Source: Eledone cirrhosa
Lineage: Eukaryota
Assembly (NCBI GenBank): GCA_964016885.1
Contig: OZ024746.1
Coordinates: 87,048,001 to 87,112,000 of the forward strand
Direction: 5' to 3'
DNA length: 64,000 bases
This document shows positions 1 to 13,665 of this stretch, piece by piece. Every line of letters starts with the position of its first letter. Positions within the stretch are counted from its first letter, which is position 1. The notes beneath the pieces were generated by a model. It did no database searches and was not told the DNA's origin. It saw only the letters and a list, made by a program, of their open reading frames with translations. The position numbers and the translations under genes were made by a program.

Positions 1-16
1 TGCCCAATATGGTTAT

Positions 17-220
17 AGAGTGATGGATAGAGAATCGGACAACATGTTTATGGCATAGAGTTACAGCCTTTTACAATCTGAGTTCAAATTCTGCCGAGGT
101 TAACTTTGCCCTTCATCCTTATGGGGTCGATAAAATAAAGTACTAGTAATGCACTGGAGTTGATTTAATCGACTTTCCTTTCCTCAAAATTGTTGGGCTT
201 ATGCCTATATCATAAACCAA
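17..220 (+). mobile_element. tRNA-derived SINE, family A, long variant
   Basis: B-box GAGTTCAAATTC, conserved core CTTTGCCYTTCATCCTTAYGGGGTCGATAAAATAAAGTAC, and 3' end similar to the other copies. Confidence 0.85.
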
Positions 221-769
221 TATTTGCTTTGGTTTTAAAACTTATAATTTCAATGAGATTTATTTATTATCTCTATGATGTATAATTACCTGTCATCGTT
301 ATTTCTTTGGTAGAAAAGAACGCGCTTTTTTACCGAATTACATTGCGAAAAGTAAATCCAATATTCCGAAAAATGCAATTTTTAGACTCTCAATCTCGCA
401 TTCAAATACAGTAAAGCAAGTATTAATTGAATTTAACCCGTTGTAATCTTTGAACAAACGGTGCTATATTTCACAATATAACATTACAGCAACATCAAAA
501 TCAATAGCTGAAACGTTTCTTTTGAGAGATACATAAAGAAACCATGATGAAAAATATAAAATAAATGATGATAACCGATAACAGTTTCATAATTCTAGTA
601 ATCTCCTGGTTAATAATAATCACATACTGAATGTTATATTATTTATTTACTGACCCCATCAGATATTTTGGCATCCCATTATCTACAGGTTATTCATATA
701 TATTTCTACTATTGGTGAATGAAATAGCTGGATACATATCAGATATGCTGTTATGGTCTCTCACTATAT

Positions 770-990
770 GCATGTATATATATATACATATATATATAAA
801 TATATGTATAAATATATATGTCTGTGGAGAGAGAGATAGCGAGAGAGAGGGAGAGAGAGAAAGAAATAGAGATAAAGTGAGAGAGAGAAAGAGTGGGAGA
901 AAAAGAAAAAATAAGAGAAAGAGAAAGAGAGAGAAAGAAAGAGAGATAGGGAGTGAAAGAGAGAGTGAAAGAGAGAGAGAGTGAGATACA
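770..990. repeat. (TA)n followed by GA-rich simple repeat
   Basis: Directly visible. Explains ORFs 631-984, 690-1118 and 764-991. Confidence 0.9.
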
Positions 991-1402
991 TAGATTGGGT
1001 ATTTAGATTGTGAAAGATACAGTCTATTCCCTTTTCGTTCTCTATAATTCACCAATGCGGTCAACAGCATATCAGAATTTCTATAATCTTTACTGGATCC
1101 TGATTCCACGCTTTTCAATTTCTGGACAAAAGTAGACTATGCTTAGTCCAGGACAATATATAATTCATACGGCACAATGAAATCGATTCATATAGAGGAA
1201 GAGAGATATGTCCACTTTAGTATTTGGTTGATGCTTCATATATCGAACCCGCGCTGATGCAAATGTACCTACACTGGAATTTCAAGAGGAACCGTTGAGT
1301 CGATGACAGGTTACTCACTTTTCATCGCCTCATACTGGAAATCCAATAAGTTGAAAACATTAGCTATATTGGAGCGAATACCCTAATTTTATTTCTTGGA
1401 AG

Positions 1403-1406
<4 letters not shown>

Positions 1407-1498
<92 letters not shown>

Positions 1499-1526
1499 TA
1501 TATATATTTATATATTTATATATATA

Positions 1527-1576
<50 letters not shown>

Positions 1577-1934
1577 AATATGTATTTATAAATATATATT
1601 TATATATATATTTATAAATATATATTTATATATATATTTATTTATATATATATATATATTTATAAATATGTATTTATAAATATATATTTACAAATATATA
1701 TTTATATATATACTTATAAATATATATTTATATATATATATATAAATATATAAATATATATTTATATATATAAATATTTATATATATATATATTTATATA
1801 TATATATTTATATATATAAATATTTATATATATATATATTTATATATATATATTTATATATATATATATAAATATATAAATATATATATATATATATATT
1901 TATATATTTATATATATATATATATATATTTATA

Positions 1935-2027
<93 letters not shown>
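1407..2027. repeat. (TA)n microsatellite ending in (GA)n
   Basis: Directly visible. Confidence 0.95.
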
Positions 2028-2030
<3 letters not shown>

Positions 2031-2178
2031 CTTAAAGTGTACTAGTACTAAATACGTTTGAGATATGAGGATTTATCAATAAGTGCAAGTGTTAGACAAA
2101 GAGGAGATAAACAGACTGCTCATGACATAACTCGTACAAAATACTACTGAATATAAGTGGAGGGGTGACGAAATTATA

Positions 2179-3100
2179 TCTATATATATAAAACAGAGGA
2201 TGTTTGTCTGTGTGTGTCTGTGTGAGTTTGAATCTCTAAAACTCGAGAACCACCCAACCGACTGTTTTCAAATTGACACATGTAATTCTTATATTTTAGG
2301 GAGTGTTCTCAGCCAAAATAATTTCAAATTTTCAATGCCCTTAGGACCGCATTAGCCGATTTATCAATATCTCTCTATAATTCTTAGTCTTTCTCTTTTT
2401 AGATAGATACATACATAGAACGTCGCGCCCTTATAATATCTGTCTGTATGTCTGTTTCTCTGCAATACGTCACTTCCCTGAGGATGTCTGTCAGTGTGTG
2501 TGTGTATGTGTGAGTTTGAATCACTAACACTCGAGAAGTACCCAACCGACCTTTTTTCAAACTATACATTATGTATTACTTATGTTGAGGGAGTGTTATG
2601 CACATAACAAATTCAACATTTTGATCCCATTAGTTGAAAAACTGCGTATTTTCAGTTTTTTGGGGGTGTTTTGAGGCGTTACGTGAGACTGATTTCCTTG
2701 AAATTGTAACTATGTATTACTCAGTCTCTTCTTCATACCGTGAGCAAAGAAAATCCAACTTGTTTATGGCCTAGGGACCGCATTAGGTGAAAAACTTCAT
2801 TTTTTCAGCTTTTTAGGGCTTTTTTGAGGCGTTACGTCTAGCGGATTGTCCTGAAATTTCAAGCCATATTTTGCACATAAAAAAAAAATCATGTTCTTGA
2901 TTCTCTAGGGCCTGAATTACGTGAAAACCTGCATTTTTCCTGCTTCGTCGAGGAAAATCTTAAAGATTATCCATCCATCAGAGTATTCGGTTTATTTTCT
3001 TTACATATTGTCCACGCATGCAGTTTTTCCACGATTAGGTCTGTTGGCGGCCCGCATTCCAAAATACCTTATCCCGTGCAACGCCGGGTACCACTGCTAG
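2179..3100 (+). mobile_element. Non-autonomous Helitron with internal sub-repeats
   Basis: 5' A|TC-TATATATATAAAA; 3' hairpin CCCGTGCAACGCCGGG (3073-3088) then CTAG|T, matching the Helitron AT insertion rule. The internal unit (GAGGATGT..GTGAGTTTGAATC..CTCGAGAA..CCCAACCGAC) is duplicated at about 2197 and 2480. Confidence 0.8.
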
Positions 3101-3449
3101 TGCTATATATTAGAAGGCAGCAACCTACACACAGTAGCTTATCTTATTAAAACGGAATATATAAGCAGTCGATTGCTTATCTCATAGGAGTAGTTATTTT
3201 TCCCCCAAACCACACTTCACCGTCTTTAATAAAGGGATATACATAAAATATTGATCACGATAAAGAAAACGGACCACCACTTGAATATGAAAATTAGTAA
3301 TTTATGGCGATACAATATGAGCAGCTTCTATATTTCACACCCCTTTAATCAATGCAATATAAAAATGTAGACAACAAGCAGTCCCTCTTAACGATGGGAA
3401 GTGGGCTCGCCCAAAATTAACAAATAAGAACGTGTGTCACATCGAAAGC

Positions 3450-3576
3450 ATGCAATTAATTCATAAACTGTGACAATACAAATAAAAGCATCGACAAATC
3501 ATGCTAATTTGATTATGAATAATTAAGATGCAATTGACAGCTATACATATATAGTGGAAGTATAACCCCTTCAGTA
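3450..3576 (+). promoter_or_regulatory. Putative H2B core promoter: three octamer-like motifs, TATA-like element and TCAGT initiator
   Basis: ATGCAATT at 3450 and 3528 and ATGCTAAT at 3501, each one mismatch from ATGCAAAT. TATACATATATAG at 3542-3554 and TCAGT at 3571. The AT-rich background lowers significance. Confidence 0.4.
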
Positions 3577-3582
3577 CACACA

Positions 3583-3951
3583 ATGCAGCATCAAGTAAGT
3601 TCATCAGTTACTAAGAAACCTGCTAAAGGGAGACCGTCACGTCTTGGTGATAAGAGGCATAAGAAAAGACGCAAGGAAAGTTATGCCATCTACGTGTACA
3701 AAGTATTGAAGCAAGTGCAACCGGACATTGGTATTTCCAGTAAGGCGATGGCTATCATGAACAGCTTTGTCAATGACTTGTTCGAGAGGATCGCTGCCGA
3801 ATCTAGCCGCTTGGCTCAATATAACAAACGTTCCACCATTAGTAGTCGTGAGGTTCAGACTGCTGTGCGCCTTTTGCTTCCAGGAGAACTTGCTAAACAT
3901 GCTGTATCTGAAGGGACCAAGGCTGTTACCAAATATACCAGCAGCAAATAA
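3583..3951 (+). CDS. H2B: Histone H2B, intronless, divergent N-terminal tail, solitary copy
   Basis: 122 aa ORF with the H2B histone fold ([87 protein letters not shown]). No other histone gene in the window. Confidence 0.97.
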   Translation: MQHQVSSSVTKKPAKGRPSRLGDKRHKKRRKESYAIYVYKVLKQVQPDIGISSKAMAIMNSFVNDLFERIAAESSRLAQYNKRSTISSREVQTAVRLLLPGELAKHAVSEGTKAVTKYTSSK

Positions 3952-5574
3952 CCGGAGAGGAATCGATCTCTTTTCTGCTAATGTTCTGTTGAAAAATGAA
4001 GAAATTACGAAAATATCCCCTTGTGAAATATTCATATATATCCTCTTGTCTTACAGTCAAGCAGGTGCAAGTATTTTTGCTTTGATAATGTTATTTAAGG
4101 AATTAGATATTTCCTTTATTTTGACTTTTACAATAATCAAAATTTTCCCGAATCTCATTTTTTCCAGAATTAGGTTTTGCGTAACTTAATTTGTTTTTCC
4201 ATTCACCATATTTTTAGAGATCGTGAATACACATCTCCAAATATGCTATAATAAATCTAATTCTGGTGTGCTTTTACAATCCTCCTTTTGTTTTCGTTTT
4301 CAATTGAAATACTGTATATCCCGTCCTCGCGGGTTTAGCATTTAATGCTATTTTTCTGTTCCTTTGCATAAGATACACTATATATTCTTCCCTTACCATA
4401 ATGTTTTAAGCTCGCTCTAAAAATAACTTCAGAGGTTTCAAGATCATATTCTTTAGAAATTCTCTTGGTCCCTCTTTCAATTAACTTTCTCTAAATGTAA
4501 TCAAGAACTCATTAAAATTACTAAATACCTCATTTCTAGGTTTATCTGAAATATCTAGGTCGTGTAACGTTTATTTACTTTTTTATTTATTTTTTTTTTT
4601 TCTCTAAAATATTTGGACACACTCTTGTTCTTCAGTATTTGATATTTTTATACCTGCTACATATATAATTTGATTCTCACTACATTCCACTCACGTTTAG
4701 CATCGCTTATACAGCGCAGCGGTATTCCTTAAATTTAGTTTCTATCTCTCGTCGTAATTGTTAAGACTTGTTTTATGCAGTTAAAATATGAAGGGTCGAT
4801 GTCCGAGGTTAGCAAAAGAAAACAAAATAAAATTTCGTAATATTTCCCTCTGTCTACGTGCTAACTGAGTACTTAAACTAAAATTGAAGCTCTACTGAAA
4901 TTCACATGGCTCTGTGCCAGATTGACAGGCAAATTCTTGACGCTATTCATTTAGAATTATATGCTGTATTGAACTTGATGAATTTGATAAAGTACCGAGC
5001 GAGTTCTGACTCAAATAAATCGGCTTCACGCATTCACATAAATGCTGGCTTTACACCTAAATAATTACAGACTATAAGTTCCTAGTGAAGTAGAAAACTG
5101 GAGTTACATTCTAAACGCTGCGATACGCAGTGTTGTCTTAAGGAGTCCTGGCATGAATACGTTTGAGTACAGATTCTTTGTTTATTCATGACTGTTGATA
5201 GACTGCAAATAGTTAAGCTGTAACCTATCTACGGATATAATGGCTTTACATCAAATTGTTTCTGGGGCGCAATTTCAAACTTCATATCCATGAAATGTAA
5301 CTGTCGATATCGTTTCAAGCATGCATGTGATAAAGAATTATGAATTTTCCTTCTGCTCAATCCCCTTATTTAGATGCACCAAATATTTATGATCGTAAGA
5401 AAACTTCCACTTCCGGTAGGATTTGTCATGTTTAAACTTTTATCAGAATAATTGTTTTCATCCTCAGAACTGTCTTCAGATTAAATTGTATACTAGCAGC
5501 TGCTATACAGTTATTGGATAAGTGAAATATATGCGATCAATGTTTACATGCCAGGATAGGATATGAATTATAGG

Positions 5575-6820
5575 CAAAATATAAAGTATCAGTAATGCAC
5601 TGGGATAATTGCTGGCCTTGTGCCAAGAAAGAGTAGAAACAATTAATTGTAGCCTAGTTATGGCCATTTAAGTTCCTAGTTCAAATCTCGCTGAGGTGAG
5701 CTTTGGATTTCATCTTTACGGGTCGATAAAATGACGCACCAGCAATGCACTGGGGGTAATTGCTGGCGTTGTACAAAAACTAGAAATAATTATTTTATCA
5801 GTATCGGACACCATGATTTGCAGCATAAAATTACGACACTTTACGTTCTGAGTGCAAATCTTACCGAGGGTAGTTTTGCCTATTATCCTAAGGTCGATAA
5901 AATAAAGCACAAGTAATTCTCTGTAGTCGATTTAATCGACTTTCCCCTCCCCTCGAATAGGTGGCCATGTGTCTAAAGGATAAGTCATTATTGCATTGAC
6001 TAATTGTTTCTACTTTTGGCACAAGGCCAGCAATTATCTCGGTGAATTACTGTTACTTTATTTCATCTACCTCAAGGATGACATGCAAAGTTAACCTCGG
6101 CGGAATTTGAACTCGCACCGTAAACTAGTGTAACTATGCTACAAACCATGTTGTCCGACCCTCTACTGATACTGCAAATCCAACGCATTGACTAATAATT
6201 GTTTCTACTTTTGGCACAAGGCCAGCAAATACTCAGTGTATTACTGGTACTTTGTTATCGATCCCGTAAGGATGAAAGGCAAAGTTAACCTCGGCGGGAT
6301 TTAAAATGAGAATGGTAAGGGCCGTAACTCAATGTGTCAAAGCAGGACGTCCGACCATCTACCAATCCACCGCCCTAATAATGACTTCTAATTTCATTGA
6401 ATAATATGGGTGGTGGATTGGCATTATCGGTAGAGGATCGGACGCCTTGCTCTGACGCATAGTTACGGCCCTTTATGATCTGAGTTCAAATCCCGCCAAG
6501 GTTAATTTTGCCTATTATCCTTACGGTCGATAAAATAAAGTAAGTCGCGTACTGGAGTTGATTTAATCGACTTTCACTTCCACCAAAATTGCTGGCCTTG
6601 TGCCTTATAAGAAACCATTATTTCATTGAAGGGCGGTGGATTGGCAGTATCGGTAGAGGGTCGGACGCCATGCTTTTCAGCATAGTTACGTCCCTTTACG
6701 ATCTGAGTTCAAATCCCGCCGAGGTTGACTTTGCCTTTCATCCTTACGGGGTCGATAAAATAAAGTACCAGTAATGCACTGGGTAATTGCTGGCCTTGTG
6801 CCTAAAGTAGAAACAATTAT
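5575..6820. mobile_element. Cluster of about 7 family A SINE copies: + at about 5575-5645 (partial), 5650-5790 and 5795-5990; - at about 6001-6190 and 6196-6377; + at about 6407-6620 and 6630-6820
   Basis: Each copy carries the GAGTTCAAATCCCGCCGAGGT..TCATCCTTACGGGGTCGATAAAATAAAGTAC..GCTGGCCTTGTGCC..GTAGAAACAATTA signature or its reverse complement. Confidence 0.9.
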
Positions 6821-9554
6821 TTCATTGAATAATGTCGGGCTTCAGACTAATCCTAGGCTACCTATACGTTCTAGTAATGTTATCATTTCTATTAGCATTT
6901 TGCTGTCTGCAATATTTAACGTGTATCTCCAATCATTTTCTATATATCTGCCTCTCATTGTTTCTTAACTGTTCTAAAACTATATGCAAAAAATTGAATT
7001 TAAAGGGCCTTCCGACATGAGTGGACAGCGCTTCAATTTCTTTTCTTTAAAAAGTATTTAAAGAAAATTTTAAGACTTTAAGAATGCTACATTATATTTT
7101 AACTAACGTAACTAACATTAACATTGGTGTATCACTTTGTCATTTCTAGGTCTTCTAACAGAATTTACTATCAACTGACCACTACGTGACTCGTTTCTTT
7201 ATTCACAAAACAATTCCATTCCAGATTTTAATGTTTTTATTTACCGCTCAAGCATTGATTATCTCGTTTCTTTCAACGGCAATATACTGTGCACCACTTG
7301 GGTTTTTGTAATGATAGGTATTATAAATGAATGTTATTTGACTTTTTCTTCTAATTGGTAAAACCCCGAAAAAGCACATTTTAGCAAATACTGCCATTTC
7401 CCCTGTATTGTCGCTCAACTGTGGTACACTCAGTGTATATGACTTGCAGAAAATGACAATATAACGTCAGCGGTAAGCGCGGATATTGTCTGGGAATTTG
7501 TCGTCCACGAATTTAGTCGTAAAATCTGAACAGATTTATTGATCTACATCCTCTCCGTGATAAAAATGACTCTAGGATTTGTTGACGCCAGGATCTAAAC
7601 ACTTCCCTTCACACAATTTATACCCCACCCCGCTTAAAAATTGTACATATATTTTTGCTAATGTGTACATCTAAATGGCGTTAGATTATACAATATCTCT
7701 TCATTAGGAAGAATGGGGGGTACGTTGTATCTAAAATAAAATCAGTGTTTTGCCACTTTTTACTGAGTATGTTGTGACTCGGTGATATTTCTACTAGATT
7801 AAGAGAACATTTTGAAATCGCCTTGTGATGTTACAAAGTATTTCAAAAAAAATTATAAAGTTCACTTTGCTGATGTCTAGAGTAGTTTTAAAAGACACCC
7901 AAAGCAGTAAATTTCCTCCACCTAAGGAAATTTGAAATCAACGATTGCACTGTTTTCGAATGTTATAAATAAGAATCAGTGAAGGTGCGGGAAGTAGTGG
8001 TTATGTTGTTGTCCACATGTCTTGGGTTCAGTTCCTGGATAAATAAACTGGGATACATACGAATGTAGTCCAAATGTTTTTAACATGTTAATGTTATCCA
8101 TTATCAAATATTTGTTTCTTATGATTTATTGTTTAACATTCTAACCATGACCATCTCGAAATTTGTTCTAACAAAGTACATTTAGAACTATTCTCTTTCA
8201 CGTTTCTTTGTATTTTAAGATATCGGGGTATGATTACTGAATTTTGATACTTCTAGAAACCTGAGTAATTATAGAAATGTTCTCTTGCTCCCATTCTATC
8301 TACAACGGGTTACTGGAATGTGATAAATGAATACAAAACACAAGCCTTCAGTAAAAGAAATATACTAGTAATAACAATTATTTCTAACTTTGATAGGTTA
8401 ATTTTGAGTTTCATTTAATAGTATTGCACATGGCTGATGTCTCTGTCGAATTTGGTGGCAGTATAAATTCAATTCAAGCAAATTTTCAAATAAAAAAAAA
8501 AAAATAATAATGTCCATCAAACTATTGAAAATGTCATGCACTGCTTCAATAAGGAATAATAATGGTATTTTACAATTAGTGCGAGCGTTAGTTAAATGAA
8601 TTTATTCGAGCGTAAGGAAAATATAATTTCTTTCTCAATCAGAACATTTGAACACACAACGTTATTAATTTTACAAGGTATTTGTTCAGCACTTCATTAA
8701 GAAATTCCTTATTACATATGTCTATATGGGTGAGTGTGTGGTTAGATAAGATATTACCGATACAATTTGCCAGTGTCTTCGACAAAATATATATATTACG
8801 GTAGTTATTTCGTTTAATTTTATCAGTTAAACACTGAAATATGAAGATATGAAATGGTTGTGGAACAGCCTAAGTAAATCTCCCTGCACCGGTTTTTCTT
8901 TCCGACACTGATACACCTAGCCTCTAATAAATTCTACCACTCCCGACGATACTGTGGGCACTGCACTCTTTCTCATAATAGCTAAAACAAATATAGATAA
9001 AAAATATAAAAATAAAGCAATTCTATAGACGATTAATCATTTCAAATCTGTAATCGTAATTGACCTTCCGATATTGTTTCAAATAACCCCAAGAACTAAG
9101 TCATTCTTCTCAATTATTCACTGTTATAGGTCTTATATAATTATAAGTATTCTCATAGTTACATTAATCATCAAATTCGTTAAGTAACCTAACTCTTCTA
9201 TTTAAACTTAAATATGTTGGACAGAATAGAAGTAATTTACTACAACATTTACGAATCTGCTGAAATTCTTATTGACATATAGAAAGCTTTCAAGGAAAAT
9301 CGAAGTTTGGTTGTTTCGATGGAAGAAGGCTATAAGACAATAGGAAGATTCCAATTCGACTTTAATTGCTCATACATAGTAAACTTAGACATACAATTAG
9401 ATGCTGAATTTCAAGCGCACGCACACGCACACAAGCGTACACGCACTCCTACACGGATATAGTTTTCACCTAAAGCATGGCTCAGGAGAGGAATCCCACT
9501 ACAGAAGGGGAAAGAAACTCTCATGCGTGTTACTATAGGCATATATAGTTCTTT

Positions 9555-9604
<50 letters not shown>

Positions 9605-10149
9605 TGAGCTCATCCTCTTTGTAGACAATTAAGATACCTTGATCTGAACCACAAATACGTGTGCACCTGTATTTGTGTGAATTTATATACTTAGTACGTA
9701 CATTATGTATATATGTATGCGTTTATAAATGTATGTACGAGGGCGTATGTGTGCGTGCACTTTTATAGATGTATAAAATATTCATAAAATTTATATTTAA
9801 TGTAATTATACTTATAATTGTTCAATTAGACGTTTCCCATATGAACTGTAAGTTATTTCCATTATCATAGAGAGATAACACGAGTGATGAGCATATAAAA
9901 ACATAATTTCTTCTCAGCAGATGACAACTAAACAATATTAATATTTAGGAACATAACTATTGCAAAATTGTTGAGCAGGTTGTAAAAATACAGCTGAAAG
10001 GATAAATCTAAATTTGCATGACATATATGACGCAGCGTATTTAATCGAATAATATAGCATATTAGTTGTGGACAATATCCAAATATTCCCCACAGACAAA
10101 TTGATCATATTTTCATAAAGGATAAATAAAAGAAATAATGCAATAGCTC

Positions 10150-10790
10150 TTTCTTGCTACTAGATTCACACTATTGTTCTATCAAAGTAAGGACCAGATT
10201 ATTACTGAGATGTAATCAAAGCTAAGACGAAAAACATTTCATTTGACTGGTTTGCTCAATTTAGAACACCAGGAAAAATGATGCTGCTGAAAGGAGTAAC
10301 AGATACCATGCTCTACAAGACAGCTCTGTCAGGTCCAATGTATGAGCGCATAGTTTCAACATAAAAAGGCTACAGAATTCCACACGTATATATAGCGGCG
10401 GAAATCAAAGAAGGTCCTATAGGAAAACCACCAAGAATTAAAGGAAAGAATTAAAAAGTGCTCATTATATACACATGCTTCGTCCTGTTGGTAGAAATAA
10501 AAAGCTTGTAGTTGAAACTAAAAGAAAGTTACATAAGGAGAAATAACTACTGCACAATGGCCGCATACATAAAAAATCGAAGCTTGAGTAGAATATGATC
10601 AACGAAGTGATGGAAGAATGAAATCCAATCAAGATAAGATGAAAACTGAAAACCCCGAGGAAAGAGTTAATTGGTGGAAAGTGAGTTTTGAACGAGGAGC
10701 TGGTTGGAAACTCCCCAAATACCTTCAAATGAGTTGTATCTAAAGACAACGATGAATGGTGTATGTATGAAAGAAGATTGACATACTATA
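10150..10790 (+). pseudogene. Possible heavily decayed RTE-type LINE 3' fragment
   Basis: Purine-rich, coding-like stretch with a remnant 'KTPRK/PRGK' motif. Frames are broken and support is weak. Confidence 0.25.
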
Positions 10791-10901
10791 TACAGTAAAT
10801 TACAGAAGTACTTTGTCGCTAGTTGCAGTTATACTCCACCAGTCTGCTGCTAAACAGAATAAGACATCTAGTCACCCAGCATAAATCAGTCGCAAATATT
10901 G

Positions 10902-11122
10902 GTTTCTTATATATAGGCACAAGGCCAGCAAATTAAGGGGAGAGGAAAGGCGATTTAATCGACCCCAGTGCGTGACTGGTAATTTATTTTATCGACCCAG
11001 TAAGGATGAAAGGCAAAGTTAACCTCGGCGGGATTTGAACTCAGATCATAAAGGGCCGTAACTCTATGTTGCAGAGTATGGCGTCCAAACCTCTACAGAT
11101 ACTGCCAATCCACTGCCCTTCG
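10902..11122 (-). mobile_element. Family A SINE, long variant, with TSD
   Basis: Full reverse-complement copy flanked by AGTCGCAAATATTG and AGTCACAAATATTG. Confidence 0.9.
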
Positions 11123-11307
11123 AGTCACAAATATTGACATCACCGTGGATTGCCATAAAAAGCTAGGAGAGTACATTAAACTCGACTGGCATTATTTTGA
11201 TGGCGAAAACTTACAATTTGTAGTTTGGATTTCAAACATTTTTTAGCGATCCCAGTCTGTCTCGTAAATGATACTTCCCATACACAAACTATACACACAA
11301 CACCCCC

Positions 11308-11342
<35 letters not shown>

Positions 11343-11375
11343 CGAAGGAAATGTGGTAAGGAACCAGGTGGTTCC

Positions 11376-11402
<27 letters not shown>

Positions 11403-11406
<4 letters not shown>

Positions 11407-11590
11407 GTTTCTACTTTTGGCACAAGCCAGCAATTACCCAGTGCATTACTGGTACTTTATTTTATCGACCCCCATAAAGATGAAAGGCAATGTAAATCTC
11501 GGCGGGATTTGAACTCAGAATGGCAAAGGCCGTAACTCTATGCGTCAAAGCATGTTGTTCGACCCTTTAGCGTTACTGCCAATCCACCGC
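11403..11590 (-). mobile_element. Family A SINE, short variant
   Basis: Reverse complement of the family consensus. Confidence 0.9.
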
Positions 11591-11871
11591 ATATATGTAT
11601 ATATAATGTGTGTCTGCCTGCTTAATAAAGCAAATGTAGCTAATTAGTTCATTGTTTTACTATCGTTTTTGAGGGGTCATTTATCGGGGTAAACCGATAC
11701 TATTAACAGAGAGTAGTTACGCAGATTTCTTTTTTTTTTTTTTTTGTTTCAAAATCCCTGATCACTATCAGTCTCCCTCAAATAACAAGCTTTTCTAAGA
11801 CGGTGAGATTGATTTTTAGGTGTATTGTTCAAAACAAAAAAACGCACGCACACGGACGCACACTATATATA

Positions 11872-11914
<43 letters not shown>

Positions 11915-12417
11915 GGTTCTGTAATTGGTGCCGACTTTTCAAGGACCCTTGCCGGGATGTTCACCTACCACAAAAGTTATAGCGCTTATCTCACTGAAAC
12001 AATCTCTTCAAGAAGACATTGGTTTCTAGCAACGTTATTGGCCCCCACCACAAATGCATAGACACACATATATATATATTTATTAAAAATAACAGAGTAA
12101 AGTTTAAGCAAAGAATCGCTGCTTTCACCCTTAACGGGATCTTCTGAAATAAAAAAAAGTCAATCTGTGAACGCAGAAGTAAATATTTAAAAAAACGCTG
12201 CAACCGAAGGAAGACGATACGTTGGTTCGTGGCAAAGAACGGAAAAAAAAACGAAGATAATACGTCATTATTTGTTGCGGTGAAAACAATTACACGCAAA
12301 GACAAAACCAGGTTTATGGTATAAAAGAAGTTGTAGACTAATATTCTATTATGTGGTTCATGGAGATGTTCTCTGGAAATGAACGGAAAAAACGAAGATA
12401 TATATATATATATATAT

Positions 12418-13665
12418 CGACCGGTTTGAAAAAGACATCATAAGTCCTAACTTATTTAAGGTAAAAGCTAACAGTAGCCACCAACCTCTCTAGCGTAGAT
12501 TTCTCAGACATTAATTTAGACCTTCGCACACACACCCACAGACCCTTCCATAAGCTAAACGAGAAACTCAATTACATTCACAAGGACTCCTGCCACCCTC
12601 CCACTGTCTTTAGAAACTTCGTTAAAAATATCAGTACTAGAATCTCAAACCTCTCCTCTACTAAGGCTATCTTTGACAGGGCGGCACCCTACTATAACAC
12701 GGCGTTGGCTAACAGAGGCTTCTCACAACCTATCACTTACTTTCCCACTAGCAACAACACCATTAAGAAAAGTAAGCGCAAAGAAAGACAAACTATCTGG
12801 TTCTCCCCTACTTTCTAACTCAACGTTAAAACCAATGTATGAAAACATTGTATAGCCCTCTTGGATAGACACTTTCCCACAGTTCATAAATACCGCTGCA
12901 TCTTTAACCGACACAAAGTAAAACTAGGATACTCCTGCGCTAATAACATGGAGGCCCATATTACCAGCAGCCCTAGGACCAACATCCCACCAGGGTGCTC
13001 TTGCTGTAAGCCTGAAGCTTGCCCCCTTCAACAGCAATGCAACACACCAGCTGTATTTTTTGAAGCTGTGGTCACTTCCAAACGAACCACAGGAGGTCAA
13101 AGCCTATGTGGGCATGGCGGAGGGCCGATTTAAGGAACGTTTCCAGAACCACCAGTCTACCTTCAGGTTCCCGGACAGATGTTCATCCACGAAACTCGCG
13201 AGCCACGTATGGTCCCTCAAGGACTCAAGTATAGACTACTCCATTCAATGGAAAGCCATCACTAAGTCCAAGCCATACGCAAGGGGAAATCCGACGTGTG
13301 GCTTATGTATTGACGAACGAATAACTATTCTAAAGAGATTACGCAATAGTGATAGCCTAAACACGAGATATGAATTTTTCACACGTTGTCCACACGTCGC
13401 CAAACACCTATTGCATAACTACAGGGCTCCAGACTGATTCTTTGAAATATTAATTTCAACTAAAAACTTTTTGGACTTTCGCAGTTATCTCCCTTACACC
13501 TCTCGCACACATTCTAGTATTGCCTGTGTGAAGTGACCGGGTTTATGCGCCTGCGCATTCGTACGGTTGTCCTTCCTGTTCCTATAACCATGCCCATTCC
13601 GAGCTGAGGATCCGCTAAGGTGAAACAATTTTTCTCGCTATGGTGAACTAACTGTTGTGTAACGA

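Noticed and set aside
1150-1405. Possible RT fragment (RGREICPL..IEP)
   Set aside because: Only a faint resemblance to QGCPLSP..LEP. Insufficient support.
3637-4189. ORFs overlapping H2B (3637-4035 minus, 3767-4189 plus)
   Set aside because: Shadow frames with no recognisable motifs.
6630-6725. tRNA-like sequence with A and B boxes, in many copies
   Set aside because: It is the head of the SINE, always followed by the same body and tail, with no complete cloverleaf.
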